From positions 40,325 to 104,324 of the forward strand of contig JBKSMS010000014.1 in the NCBI GenBank assembly GCA_046881825.1: a DNA stretch of 64,000 bases, given 5' to 3'. Shown in pieces: positions 45,521 to 55,136 of the stretch. Both the position numbers and the translations under genes were made by a program. Source of the stretch: Alphaproteobacteria bacterium. GTDB lineage: Bacteria > Pseudomonadota > Alphaproteobacteria > Rs-D84. Positions within the stretch are counted from its first letter, which is position 1; the number at the start of each line of letters is the position of its first letter. The notes beneath the pieces were generated by a model that had not been told where the DNA came from, ran no database searches, and worked only from the letters and a program-made list of their open reading frames with translations.

Positions 45521-45725
45521 CTGCTATTTTGGCAATACAATCCGTTAAATCATCAAAATTCAAACGTAAAACATGCCCTGCATCTATAAATTCTTCGGTC
45601 CAGTTTTGCGTATTTATTGGAACAGCCAGAAAAATTTCATACGGTAATTTCTTTAGATTGGTCAAAATACCAACATCCTTAAAATTTTTATGTAGCCCGA
45701 CCCCTATTATTAAAATTCGTTTCAT
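45498..45725 (-). pseudogene. N-terminal fragment of an unidentified gene, converging on the DUF488 fragment
   Basis: 75-aa ORF MKRILIIGVGLH...HVLRLNFDDL overlapping the other fragment. Confidence 0.3.
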
Positions 45726-45791
45726 TTTCGCCGTTTCCGAATGTTTAATTTATTGACTTTCCTTATTTCTTTGCTACGATAACACAAAAAT

Positions 45792-46295
45792 ATGACCGTT
45801 GACAACAAAATTTATGTGATTGGTCCTGCGGGCAGTGGGAAAACCACTTTTGCCATGGGGATGGCTCGCCGACAAAACATTCCATACTTTAGCCTTGATG
45901 ACATAAAATGGATTAACGACCGAAAATTCAAGCATTATACGCACAGTCGTTCATATCAAGAACGCACAGATGCTATATCTGAAATCATCGCATCTAATAA
46001 CTCATGGATTTTTGATGGGGTTTACTGTGCAGATTGGGTCAATCCTGTTTTTCAACATGCGGATGAAATCATATTTCTGGATACGCCTTTATTTATATGC
46101 CAATGGCGATGTATAAAAAGATTTATCAAAACCTATAACAGCCAGACATCGTCTTTTAAAGCCCTTTTAGATTTATTAAAATGGAATCAATCTTACAAAT
46201 CTAAATATTTGACTCAAATAAGACAAAAAGTCGATTTATTTAACAAAAAATATTGCGTTGTATCTTATACAAAAGGAAACACTTATGGATTATAG
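45792..46295 (+). CDS. P-loop kinase (adenylate-kinase/topology-modulation FlaR-like)
   Basis: IYVIGPAGSGKTTFA, SLDDIKW. Confidence 0.6.
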   Translation: MTVDNKIYVIGPAGSGKTTFAMGMARRQNIPYFSLDDIKWINDRKFKHYTHSRSYQERTDAISEIIASNNSWIFDGVYCADWVNPVFQHADEIIFLDTPLFICQWRCIKRFIKTYNSQTSSFKALLDLLKWNQSYKSKYLTQIRQKVDLFNKKYCVVSYTKGNTYGL

Positions 46296-46686
46296 ACATC
46301 AACAAATACAAGATTGTTTTTTTAATACTTGCAAACAGCATGGTATGATAAATGTAGACCCAACACCATTGTTGGCCATGCATGATAATTCCGTTTATTT
46401 TGTAAGCGCCACAATAACAGGTCTTAAAGATATGTTGTTGAAAAATGAAATTCCAAACAATGGTGTGTATTTATATCAGCCATGTTTTAGATTACAAAAT
46501 ATTCATGATCCATTTTATAACGGAACAAAAATTGATTTAAGCAATGTCCCCGAAATGGGATCTGGCACTATAGTAAAGGTTGGTAAAGCCGGATTTTTCG
46601 AAATAGCTAGTCAGGAACTCAAAAAAAAAGTTGAATTAGACAAACCAAAGAATGGATTTAATGGGTTGCCAGACAAAACCAGATAA
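46285..46686 (+). CDS. small protein with a class II alanyl-tRNA synthetase N-terminal-like segment
   Basis: QIQDCFFNTCKQHGMINVDPTPLLAMHDNSVYFVSATITGLKDMLL...YQPCFR parallels AlaRS EIRQAFLDFF.SKGH..V.SSSLVP.NDPTLLFTNAGMNQFKD...SQRCVR. Confidence 0.35.
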   Translation: MDYRHQQIQDCFFNTCKQHGMINVDPTPLLAMHDNSVYFVSATITGLKDMLLKNEIPNNGVYLYQPCFRLQNIHDPFYNGTKIDLSNVPEMGSGTIVKVGKAGFFEIASQELKKKVELDKPKNGFNGLPDKTR

Positions 46687-46827
46687 GTTAGCTCTAAAAT
46701 TTGGTTGATGTTTTCTGTTTTTAGTATCACGTTAGATAAGAAGGATGTACTTATCCTTCTTTTTTTGTACCTTGTTTTTTAAGAATCGTTTGCTTAACTC
46801 AACTTGTTTTGGAGGATTGTTTATACC

Positions 46828-48036
46828 TTACTTGACATATTTTATAACATGCTTCAAAGACCAGAAAAGCAAGCCTGTCAAAACGAATGTAAATAACAAT
46901 GTTGTTGTTATACCATATCCATCCATTAAAAATTTAGCAATAATAAGTCCGATTGCCCCTACAACTGTTGAAACCATTGCTCTGGTTGATAATACTGTAC
47001 CACGTTCGGTTGATTTAATGCTGTGGTGAATCAAAGTATTATATTGCAGATTATTCAACATTCTAAACGGTGGTGTCGTAGCCATAATTGCACAAGTAAT
47101 ATACACAATCGCCATGTTTTGAGTATGTGTTGCTATTAACCCCATCATTATGCCAATTATGACCGTTCCGATAGTTATAAGAGATGTTTGGATTTCGCCA
47201 AGTTTTTCACATATCTTGTACGCATACTTTGACAGAATTATAACAAAAAACTGATTTATCCCAAGGTAAAATCCAAATAAGCTGACAGGAACATTTGCAG
47301 TTTCCATAATTGGTTGCATTATCCAAAATAATATAATCGTGAACGCCCCGAATATAGACGGAAACAAAATCAAGTTTCTTAATTTTGGATTTTTCAAAGT
47401 GGTTGTCGTTATGGATATTGCATCCATAATTGCTTCTTTGTGTTTTACAACACGTCTGACTTCCAATAATTCTGGCAAGAATAAAAACGCAAATATAGAA
47501 ACTGCAACGATAACAGATTCAACCCACAATATATTTGCACCAATAAGACCGTATAATATTCCACCAAGAATCATAGCAACAAAACTGGCGATACCAGCCC
47601 AAGTTTGAATACTGCCGAATTCTTTCAAGAACTGTTTCTGACTATTATTTCGTTTTAATAAATCGTAAGTGTATGCTTCCAATGTCCCTGAAAACAAAGC
47701 ACTTGCAATACCCAGCAATGCTTCGCCCAAAACCAAAGCCCAGAAACCATATGCTGCTGCGATTGTAACATACCCGGATAATGCAAATATTGCCCCTGAA
47801 ATCATAACTTTTTTACGGCTTAAACAATCAGACATATATCCAGATGGGATTTCAAATAGGAAGGCAGCCAATCGGAATATGCCCTGAATCAAAAAGAAAT
47901 CGCCAACAGTCACGCCCTTGGATGTATAAACCAATACAATCACAGGCACAATCAACATAAAGTTATGACAGAACCAACCCAGTTTTAACAGGTTTATACC
48001 ACGTTTTGCAGATTTATCTAATTCTTTTTTCACCAT
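46828..48036 (-). CDS. MFS transporter
   Basis: 12 TM; GYMSDCLSRKKV loop 2-3 motif. Confidence 0.75.
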   Translation of the reverse strand: MVKKELDKSAKRGINLLKLGWFCHNFMLIVPVIVLVYTSKGVTVGDFFLIQGIFRLAAFLFEIPSGYMSDCLSRKKVMISGAIFALSGYVTIAAAYGFWALVLGEALLGIASALFSGTLEAYTYDLLKRNNSQKQFLKEFGSIQTWAGIASFVAMILGGILYGLIGANILWVESVIVAVSIFAFLFLPELLEVRRVVKHKEAIMDAISITTTTLKNPKLRNLILFPSIFGAFTIILFWIMQPIMETANVPVSLFGFYLGINQFFVIILSKYAYKICEKLGEIQTSLITIGTVIIGIMMGLIATHTQNMAIVYITCAIMATTPPFRMLNNLQYNTLIHHSIKSTERGTVLSTRAMVSTVVGAIGLIIAKFLMDGYGITTTLLFTFVLTGLLFWSLKHVIKYVK

Positions 48037-48249
48037 ACATTCATAATACCATAAAATAGGAATATAAACAACTCCGCAAATCAATTTGTGAAATATTAAA
48101 TATGCACGTTGCTCCAGATTTTGAATCATTATTTAAAAAGATTGATATAAAACGTTCGGGGTTTAAAGATATAGCCGAACTTATGGATACAATTACTAAG
48201 TTTGTATCCCGCGAAGAATTAGCCCGTGAACAAGTCGTAGGCATGGAAA

Positions 48250-48594
48250 TCAAACGCATAAGATAAATTCGTTCAATTCCAACATATCAGTTTCTTTGAA
48301 ATCTGGTTTTAAACTCGTGAAAAATTCACGATGAATGCGTTGCCAGTATGCAAGCGACAAATCGCCCTCGCCTTCTATTCTTGCCCAGTTTTCATCGACA
48401 TCACAAAAACGGCATTTGCGGACATTGGTTATCTGAATCTTTATTTGTTCATTTTTAGAATTATAAATTATGTTTATATCACCAATTTTTGATAATTGGT
48501 CATCACCACCATACAAAGAACACGTGCCACGTTTTTTGCCACACGCAACTAGATCAAACAATTCATCATTATCAAAAGTCCAACGATTATCCAT
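48250..48594 (-). CDS. ASCH-domain protein
   Basis: LFDLVACGKKRGTCSLY, EGEGDLSLAYWQRIHREFF. Confidence 0.65.
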   Translation of the reverse strand: MDNRWTFDNDELFDLVACGKKRGTCSLYGGDDQLSKIGDINIIYNSKNEQIKIQITNVRKCRFCDVDENWARIEGEGDLSLAYWQRIHREFFTSLKPDFKETDMLELNEFILCV

Positions 48595-48598
48595 AATA

Positions 48599-49444
48599 TT
48601 ACCGAATAATTGTATGTTTAAACCATTGTTCTTGGAATGCTGTTTTTTGTTCTATGTATTCATTTGTTAGATTTTGACCGTCTGGTACAACAACCAATTT
48701 ATCATCGTTATCATTCGTACGATGAATAATTGCGATACACCTGCCGGTAAATGTTGCCAATGGTGCATCCACACCCAAGATATATGCATCTAATTCTTCG
48801 CCATCGCCCGAGACAGTATTTGGAATAAAACCATAGTTCACTTCGTATGTAAAACCATGCTTTGGGTGCTTGCTGCCCTGGGGTCTATCCATTTGAACGT
48901 GCACCAGTTTACCCAGAAAATCCCGAGCATTAACAGGTTGCGCATTCATCATTTTTTGATAATTTAACACCATATTAAAAGATGGGATAATCGATGGTAT
49001 AAACTCTTTGGTATTCTGCATATGCTGAATTTCTGCTATGGTTGCCCATTTTACGTTTTGAACTTCGGTCTGTTGCAATTTTAAATCATCAATATTTGCA
49101 TCTGTATGAACCAACCAAACATCCACAAAATCTTTTGGGCGTTTAAATGTCCCGACCCATACAGATTTTTTTATATCGGGTTTTAAACCCAATTCTTCAA
49201 CAGATTCGCGAACACATGTATCCCAACTGGATTCGCCGGTCTGGGCTCCGCCACCGGTTTGCCCCCACATATTTGGGAACTTTTTGGCGGTTGCGACACG
49301 TTGTTGTAATAAAAATTCCTGTTTATTGTTAATAAACCATACGTGCACGGATATTTTGTTTAAATCATCCGGTATTTCAGATCCGCGTTCAACAGAACGA
49401 ACAAACTGTCTTGTATTATCATATAAATCTATTATCTCGGGCAT
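48599..49444 (-). CDS. Nudix hydrolase fused to an inorganic-pyrophosphatase-like domain
   Basis: Nudix box GGGAQTGESSWDTCVRESVEELGL; C-terminal GDGEELDAYILG...DDKLVVV resembles the family I PPase core. Confidence 0.6.
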   Translation of the reverse strand: MPEIIDLYDNTRQFVRSVERGSEIPDDLNKISVHVWFINNKQEFLLQQRVATAKKFPNMWGQTGGGAQTGESSWDTCVRESVEELGLKPDIKKSVWVGTFKRPKDFVDVWLVHTDANIDDLKLQQTEVQNVKWATIAEIQHMQNTKEFIPSIIPSFNMVLNYQKMMNAQPVNARDFLGKLVHVQMDRPQGSKHPKHGFTYEVNYGFIPNTVSGDGEELDAYILGVDAPLATFTGRCIAIIHRTNDNDDKLVVVPDGQNLTNEYIEQKTAFQEQWFKHTIIR

Positions 49445-49457
49445 TGTTATTTCCTTT

Positions 49458-50171
49458 TTATATTGTTAGATTCTGAAATTCTTGAACCGTATATTCTATC
49501 TCTGGCTGAAATTCTGTACGCATACCTTGGTTAAACATATAATATGGTCTAGTCCCTATCACTTTTACCAAATCGTCATTTATGTATAAACTGTCTTCTT
49601 CCGGCAATGCCAAAACAGGTATTTTTTTAGAATATTCTATTAAATAATCCGTCGCTTTTTTTGTTTTTTCTTCGTTTTTATTTGTGTAGTGTGCTGTAAA
49701 GGAAAAACCAAAAATAGAATCTAAACCATTTACATCCTTAAGTGCAACTTCATTTTCATCCATATACAAACAAGAATCTATATCGTGACCAAAAATAATA
49801 GAACCCGCGCTGCAACCATAAATAACCCCGTCTGTTTGCATATACTTTTTTAACCAATCTACCGCAGAGCTTTCTTTCAATTCTTTTAATAACTTATAAG
49901 TGTTTCCACCGCCAATAAAGACCCCTGCAAAATCAGACACGTTTTTATCCGCTATTTCCGATGCAGAACGTAACATTACAATTTCGCCATGTTTAATGTC
50001 TTTGAGTTCGCTAGTCAGCCATGTTTTACAACTATCATAATTATCTTCGCCACGACCCCTGGCAAGAGGAATATATAAAATCGGTTTTGCTGCATCAATC
50101 AAGGATTCAAACAATTTATTGGGTATCACAGTTTTTTCTGCCCAACCGCCACCACATAATATTAAATTCAT
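49458..50171 (-). CDS. peptidase S51 (PepE/cyanophycinase-like) family protein
   Basis: LILCGGG, GGGNTYKLL, GCSAGSII. Confidence 0.65.
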   Translation of the reverse strand: MNLILCGGGWAEKTVIPNKLFESLIDAAKPILYIPLARGRGEDNYDSCKTWLTSELKDIKHGEIVMLRSASEIADKNVSDFAGVFIGGGNTYKLLKELKESSAVDWLKKYMQTDGVIYGCSAGSIIFGHDIDSCLYMDENEVALKDVNGLDSIFGFSFTAHYTNKNEEKTKKATDYLIEYSKKIPVLALPEEDSLYINDDLVKVIGTRPYYMFNQGMRTEFQPEIEYTVQEFQNLTI

Positions 50172-50238
50172 CCTGTATATCCTTTTGTTTTATAAAATAT
50201 TTTAACTGATTTTATCCGTTTTTGCTATAATTATGATT

Positions 50239-50511
50239 CTACACAATCCCGCTTTTCCCATAAACAATTTTAAAATTCCAACGTTTCTTTTTGTGAACGG
50301 CAAAATGTGGCTTATCAGAATCAATAACCACAACGATTTTACCAACCCAAATACGAAAGTATCTCGCATATATCTTTTTAAATTTCATAGATTCATGAGT
50401 TCGCGTCTCACTTCCGTCTGTGTACTCATACTCAATACTATGACCAAAACCATATTTGTTATTGTCAAAATCCAAACCATATTCACTAAAAATTTTCTTC
50501 ACTTTCGGCAT
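50239..50511 (-). CDS. hypothetical protein
   Basis: 90-aa ORF; no motif. Confidence 0.3.
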   Translation of the reverse strand: MPKVKKIFSEYGLDFDNNKYGFGHSIEYEYTDGSETRTHESMKFKKIYARYFRIWVGKIVVVIDSDKPHFAVHKKKRWNFKIVYGKSGIV

Positions 50512-50684
50512 GATTTATTTCATCTTGTTTTTTCACTGAAATACTGTTTTTATCTTGTTGCATATGTGTTTTATGATAATCAAGCTTTTGCCTTTTTTCA
50601 ATCAATAAATAAAAAAACAAATCACACGCCCATCCGCCCGATTGTTTTTGCCCTATTTTTTCGCCATTATCTTCTTCCAGTTTT

Positions 50685-52070
50685 TTATAATTTCACTTCT
50701 ATATCTGTTTTTATATTTTTTACAAACATTTCATCGTGTGATACCAGTAATATTGCACCACGATATTGATTCAAGGCATCTTCCAGTATCGCAATACTTT
50801 TGATTTCAAGATTATTGGTTGGTTCATCCAAAATCAACAAGTCTGGTTGTTCTGTGCCACCTAATACAGCCGCCAATGTCGCCTTTAACAATTCACCACC
50901 AGATAAAACACCAACACGTTTATTTGATGCATCACCACGAAACCCAAAATTTGCCGCGATTACATGTGCATCATGTTTCAAAACACCAGCAATATCCATA
51001 ATGTTTTCCACTATGTTTTTATTTTTGTCCAGAACCGATAAATCCTGATTCAGATATGCGATTTTACCAAACGCTTTTATTGTTCCTGATTTTGGTTTCA
51101 AATCACCACAAATCAATTTCAACAGTGTTGATTTTCCAGAACCGTTTTTACCAATAATACGAATACGTTGCCCGCCATACATGGAAAAATCAAAATTATC
51201 AAAAATCATTTCCGTACCATAACCAAATTTCAATCCAGATATTTGAATCAATTCTTTGCTGTAAAATGGTTTATTTGGCACAGGTATTTTGATTTTATCG
51301 TCTATCATTTGTTCAGATAACGATTGTTGCAATTCGATTTGTTGATTTAGTTTTTTCTGAATGATGTTACGTTTTTTTGCTTCGGTCTCTTTGCTTTTAC
51401 CTTTCAAAGCATTTGCTTCTAATCTGCTACGTCTGGAATTAGAAATGTCTTTTGCTTGTTTGGCCTCATGATGTTGTCGAGTGTTTTGTGCAATATTTAT
51501 TGTATTGTTCAATCTGGCAATAGATTTTTGTGTATCGGCATACTTGGAATAAAGGTTATTTGATTCAATTCTCTTTTGTTCCAAATAAAAATCGTAATTT
51601 CCACCATACACTTTTAATTTGCCATTTTGTAAATCAATAATTTTATCCATCTGTTGCAAAAGTTCCCTGTCATGCGAAACAATAACCGCACCATTTGGAT
51701 AAGAACGCAATTGATTAAAGAATATTTGTTTAGCATCTGAATCCAGATTATTTGTTGGCTCATCCAGTAATAAAATATCCGCGCCACTTTCAAAAACACG
51801 CATAAGTGCAAACATTTGTTGTTCGCCCCCACTTTTAGAATCTGATACATTTATTTGATTCAGCATATAAACACTGGCATTTTTGCCGACATTGCCAGAA
51901 TCTGGCAATAAATCCCCCGCCAACAATTTTAATAATGTTGTTTTGCCAGAACCATTGTCACCAACGATTGCAACTTTGTCAAAATCATTAAACGTTGCAG
52001 ATACACCGTCAAATATGGTGTTATATGAATCATAAGAAAAAGATACATTTGTTAAAGAGATACTAGACAT
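50685..52070 (-). CDS. ABC-F family ATPase (ribosome-associated; possible antibiotic-resistance type)
   Basis: Two NBDs without TMs: GDNGSGKTT/KSGGEQQ/LLLDEP and GKNGSGKST/LSGGEL/LILDEP, joined by a charged linker. Confidence 0.85.
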   Translation of the reverse strand: MSSISLTNVSFSYDSYNTIFDGVSATFNDFDKVAIVGDNGSGKTTLLKLLAGDLLPDSGNVGKNASVYMLNQINVSDSKSGGEQQMFALMRVFESGADILLLDEPTNNLDSDAKQIFFNQLRSYPNGAVIVSHDRELLQQMDKIIDLQNGKLKVYGGNYDFYLEQKRIESNNLYSKYADTQKSIARLNNTINIAQNTRQHHEAKQAKDISNSRRSRLEANALKGKSKETEAKKRNIIQKKLNQQIELQQSLSEQMIDDKIKIPVPNKPFYSKELIQISGLKFGYGTEMIFDNFDFSMYGGQRIRIIGKNGSGKSTLLKLICGDLKPKSGTIKAFGKIAYLNQDLSVLDKNKNIVENIMDIAGVLKHDAHVIAANFGFRGDASNKRVGVLSGGELLKATLAAVLGGTEQPDLLILDEPTNNLEIKSIAILEDALNQYRGAILLVSHDEMFVKNIKTDIEVKL

Positions 52071-52191
52071 GATAAAAACCTTTGTTATATTGCAATTGAG
52101 GCGTGCATATTTCTATGCACAGTTTATTTATGAAAATCACAATATTACATACGCATCGGTTTTTATCCTTTTATTCAGATTACACACTTGA

Positions 52192-52219
52192 ATTATATTA
52201 CAAATATTTACAAAAGCAA
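52192..52219 (-). promoter_or_regulatory. promoter TTGCTT-N16-TATAAT for the ABC-F gene
   Basis: Read on the minus strand; predicts a leader of about 115 nt. Confidence 0.45.
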
Positions 52220-52574
52220 GGTATTTGATAAAATAGCCGTTATTTTGTTATCTTTTTTAAGCTTTTCGCATTGCGACCGGTTAGAACCGGTTTGCCCGTC
52301 TTGTGAGATCGTTTTCAACTGGTCACAATTTGTAACCGTTTCATTTCTTTTTCCCTTTGCCAAAATTATAGCCACAAACACCCGAAATAGCCAGTAAAAA
52401 GAAATAACTGGACAAGTGGCGAAAGATTATGCCAAATACGACAACCGTAAAAGTGTTGTTCCTTTGCCAAAACACCACAAAATTTCTGGGTAGTTTTTTA
52501 TGTCCAACGCAACAAATGACTTGACCCAAAAATCTAAAAAGTTTACTATGTTGCGGCTAAAAAAGGATAAAAAC

Positions 52575-53024
52575 ATGCAATTTAATATACCGCGTAATTT
52601 CAAAGAAGAAGTGATTTGTGCCATTCCAAACTGTGCAATTATGGCTATGGGAATGATGACTATAAATTTATGGATTTTTAATTCATTAACAGCTGAAAAA
52701 TGGATAATAACATTACCATTTATTTATATGACCGCTTTTGTTCTGGATTTCTTTTTTGTTGGCAAATTTACAACATGGATTGCAAACAAATACAATATTC
52801 AAAAATTTCAACCGTTATACCGCGTGTTATTGATGGCAGGCATATTAACTTTTGTGGCACCAATCGTTGAAAGTTTTGGTGAAAATATTGTGAATCTTAC
52901 ACAATATTCACATGCATTCCCACGTAATTATATAATGGCATTATTCTTGCAAGTGCTGATTGCAATGCCGTTAGGAAATTATGTCTTGGGTAAATATCAA
53001 AAATCAAAAATCGTTATTAAATAA
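52575..53024 (+). CDS. 4-TM membrane protein (DUF2798-like)
   Basis: Start at ATG 52575 with SD AAGGA; terminator at 53034-53057. Confidence 0.4.
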   Translation: MQFNIPRNFKEEVICAIPNCAIMAMGMMTINLWIFNSLTAEKWIITLPFIYMTAFVLDFFFVGKFTTWIANKYNIQKFQPLYRVLLMAGILTFVAPIVESFGENIVNLTQYSHAFPRNYIMALFLQVLIAMPLGNYVLGKYQKSKIVIK

Positions 53025-53117
53025 CCGCAAAAAACCGCCTAAATTGGCGGTGTTTTTTATCTGTAAAAAAATGAACAAATGACTGGACACGCGCCTAAAG
53101 ATTATGCCTAAACTTTA

Positions 53118-53876
53118 TCAACAATGTTTTTTGAATAATACCGATGGACGATGTCCGGATCCGGAACGCATTTTATCGGTTGGCACAACTTTGTTTGCTA
53201 TTGTCCTGCGAAATGCAGCAGGAATCATTTTACGACCCAAAATTATTTCATAAACCTGTTGTAATTCACCCAATGTGAATTCGCTTGGCATCATATTAAA
53301 CACTATGTCTGTGTATTCGATTTTATTACGCAAACGTTCTATGCCGGTTTTTATAATCATTGCATGATCAAATGCCAAATCTGCCTCGGTCAAAGTTAAA
53401 TCCTCATTATGCAACAACAATTTGCCATTATTATATTCTATGCTGAACCATTTTGCATCATGCTTTCCCGAATAATGCAATTTGTTTTTATTTATCAATG
53501 CCATATGTGCAATTGAAAAAACACGCGTTCTGGGGTCACGATTTGGCACATCAAATGTGTATAATTGTTCCAAATATATGTTACCGGTTGCACCTGTTTC
53601 ATTACGCAATATGCGATATGCTGCATCCAGTGCAGTTTCATCAATTCCTATGAAACCACCAGGTAAATTCCATTTGCCTTTTTGTGGATAATCATCGCGA
53701 TGTACCAATAAAACGCTGAATAATTGTTTATCTGCTCTGCGCCAATTTTCTGCCACACTGTTTGATACAGAAAATATTAAAACATCCGATGTAACCGATG
53801 GCCTATCAAATTGTGATGCATCATATGCGGCCAAAAATTCTGCCTCGGATGAAAATTCGTGTTTGGTATTTGTCAT
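53118..53876 (-). CDS. nrtR: NrtR-type regulator (degenerate Nudix domain + C-terminal winged helix)
   Basis: Degenerate Nudix box GGFIGIDETALDAAYRILRNETG; C-terminal FTLGELQQVYEIILGRKM..AAFRR; in an operon with NAD genes. Confidence 0.65.
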   Translation of the reverse strand: MTNTKHEFSSEAEFLAAYDASQFDRPSVTSDVLIFSVSNSVAENWRRADKQLFSVLLVHRDDYPQKGKWNLPGGFIGIDETALDAAYRILRNETGATGNIYLEQLYTFDVPNRDPRTRVFSIAHMALINKNKLHYSGKHDAKWFSIEYNNGKLLLHNEDLTLTEADLAFDHAMIIKTGIERLRNKIEYTDIVFNMMPSEFTLGELQQVYEIILGRKMIPAAFRRTIANKVVPTDKMRSGSGHRPSVLFKKHC

Positions 53877-53883
53877 GCCTTTC

Positions 53884-54357
53884 CTATTTTGTTTTATACT
53901 TCTGTATTTTGGCAATAATCAAAGGCATTGTCAAATCTTTGATTTCATCTGGCCAAGTGCATTTTGTCTGCATATATTCCAACAGAACCTCTGGTTTCCA
54001 GTCCTTGCCGGTATATGCACGCGATGCAGCGATTGTATCGCACACCATTTCTTTGACGTATTTTTCTGGTATCGGCGCGATTTTGCCGTTTGTTCTGTCC
54101 ACCCAGTATTCCCAATGGTGCTTGTTCCGGTTGGTGTGTTCTATCCACGATATAGAATAACCATATTTCTGTTTTTCTATGTTGATTGGCGATTGATTGC
54201 CAGCATAAAATTGTCCAAGCCGGAATTCGCTGGGGCGAAATTTTGATAAATCATGTACTAATCCTTGCCAAATCAAACCGTATTCCATACATTCCATAAA
54301 CACATAATATTTGTGTGTCATTATCTTTTTGAAATGATACCAATAATTTTTTATCAT
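53884..54357 (-). CDS. hypothetical protein (VHDLSKF motif)
   Basis: 157-aa ORF inside the NAD operon. Confidence 0.4.
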   Translation of the reverse strand: MIKNYWYHFKKIMTHKYYVFMECMEYGLIWQGLVHDLSKFRPSEFRLGQFYAGNQSPINIEKQKYGYSISWIEHTNRNKHHWEYWVDRTNGKIAPIPEKYVKEMVCDTIAASRAYTGKDWKPEVLLEYMQTKCTWPDEIKDLTMPLIIAKIQKYKTK

Positions 54358-54375
54358 TATTCGCCCCTTTGATAT

Positions 54376-55125
54376 TTAACGTTCTCTGGTTTTTAATACC
54401 GGTGGCATCTGATCGCGTTTGAAAGCCATCGCTTTATATTTCCGTCTAATTTCTGCCATTTGTTCATTTTCGTCCAGCACACCAGATTCTATCTTTTGCA
54501 AAATTGGATCCAACACAGCATATTCTGGCAAAGAATCACTGTCGCGTTGATTTGGTGATAATTCTGCCGATGGTGCGCGTGTAATTATTCCTTGTGGAAT
54601 AGCCGGATATAATTCAGCCATTTTATAAACCTCGGTTTTATATAAATCGCCAAGTGGCATTACTGCCCCACAAGTATCGCCATATAATGTGCAATATCCC
54701 ATTGCTGCCTCGGACTTGTTTCCACATCCCAACACCATCCAATTGAATTCATTTGAAAAAGTCATACATATATCGCCACGAATTCGCGCCTGGATGTTTT
54801 CAACGGTGATTCTGCGTTGTGGCACAAAAGGCAAAGTTTTCAACGCACAGTCAACACGTGGTTGTATATCTATAAACTGGTGCGGATTGCCAATATTGTA
54901 TGACAATTGTTTTGCCAATTCTATACTAAGTCCACTTGTGTTTTTTGTTGCCATCATAAATGTGTGCACGTGTTGTGGCCCCAATGCATCGGCCGCCAAT
55001 GCCAATACCAACGCAGAATCCATTCCGCCAGACAGCCCGAATACAACATCGCTGAATTTGCGTGACTGTACAAAATCTCGCAAATCATAAACCAAGTTTT
55101 CTTTTATCTTTTTTATGTCTTTCAT
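54376..55125 (-). CDS. nadE: NH3-dependent NAD+ synthetase
   Basis: GLSGGMDSALV PP-loop; 249 aa. Confidence 0.85.
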   Translation of the reverse strand: MKDIKKIKENLVYDLRDFVQSRKFSDVVFGLSGGMDSALVLALAADALGPQHVHTFMMATKNTSGLSIELAKQLSYNIGNPHQFIDIQPRVDCALKTLPFVPQRRITVENIQARIRGDICMTFSNEFNWMVLGCGNKSEAAMGYCTLYGDTCGAVMPLGDLYKTEVYKMAELYPAIPQGIITRAPSAELSPNQRDSDSLPEYAVLDPILQKIESGVLDENEQMAEIRRKYKAMAFKRDQMPPVLKTRER

Positions 55126-55136
55126 AGCTTATCCTT

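Noticed and set aside
50233-50769. 178-aa plus-strand ORF
   Set aside because: It overlaps both the 50239-50511 minus-strand ORF and the 3' end of the ABC-F gene, and its sequence is hydrophobic and low-complexity with no start context.
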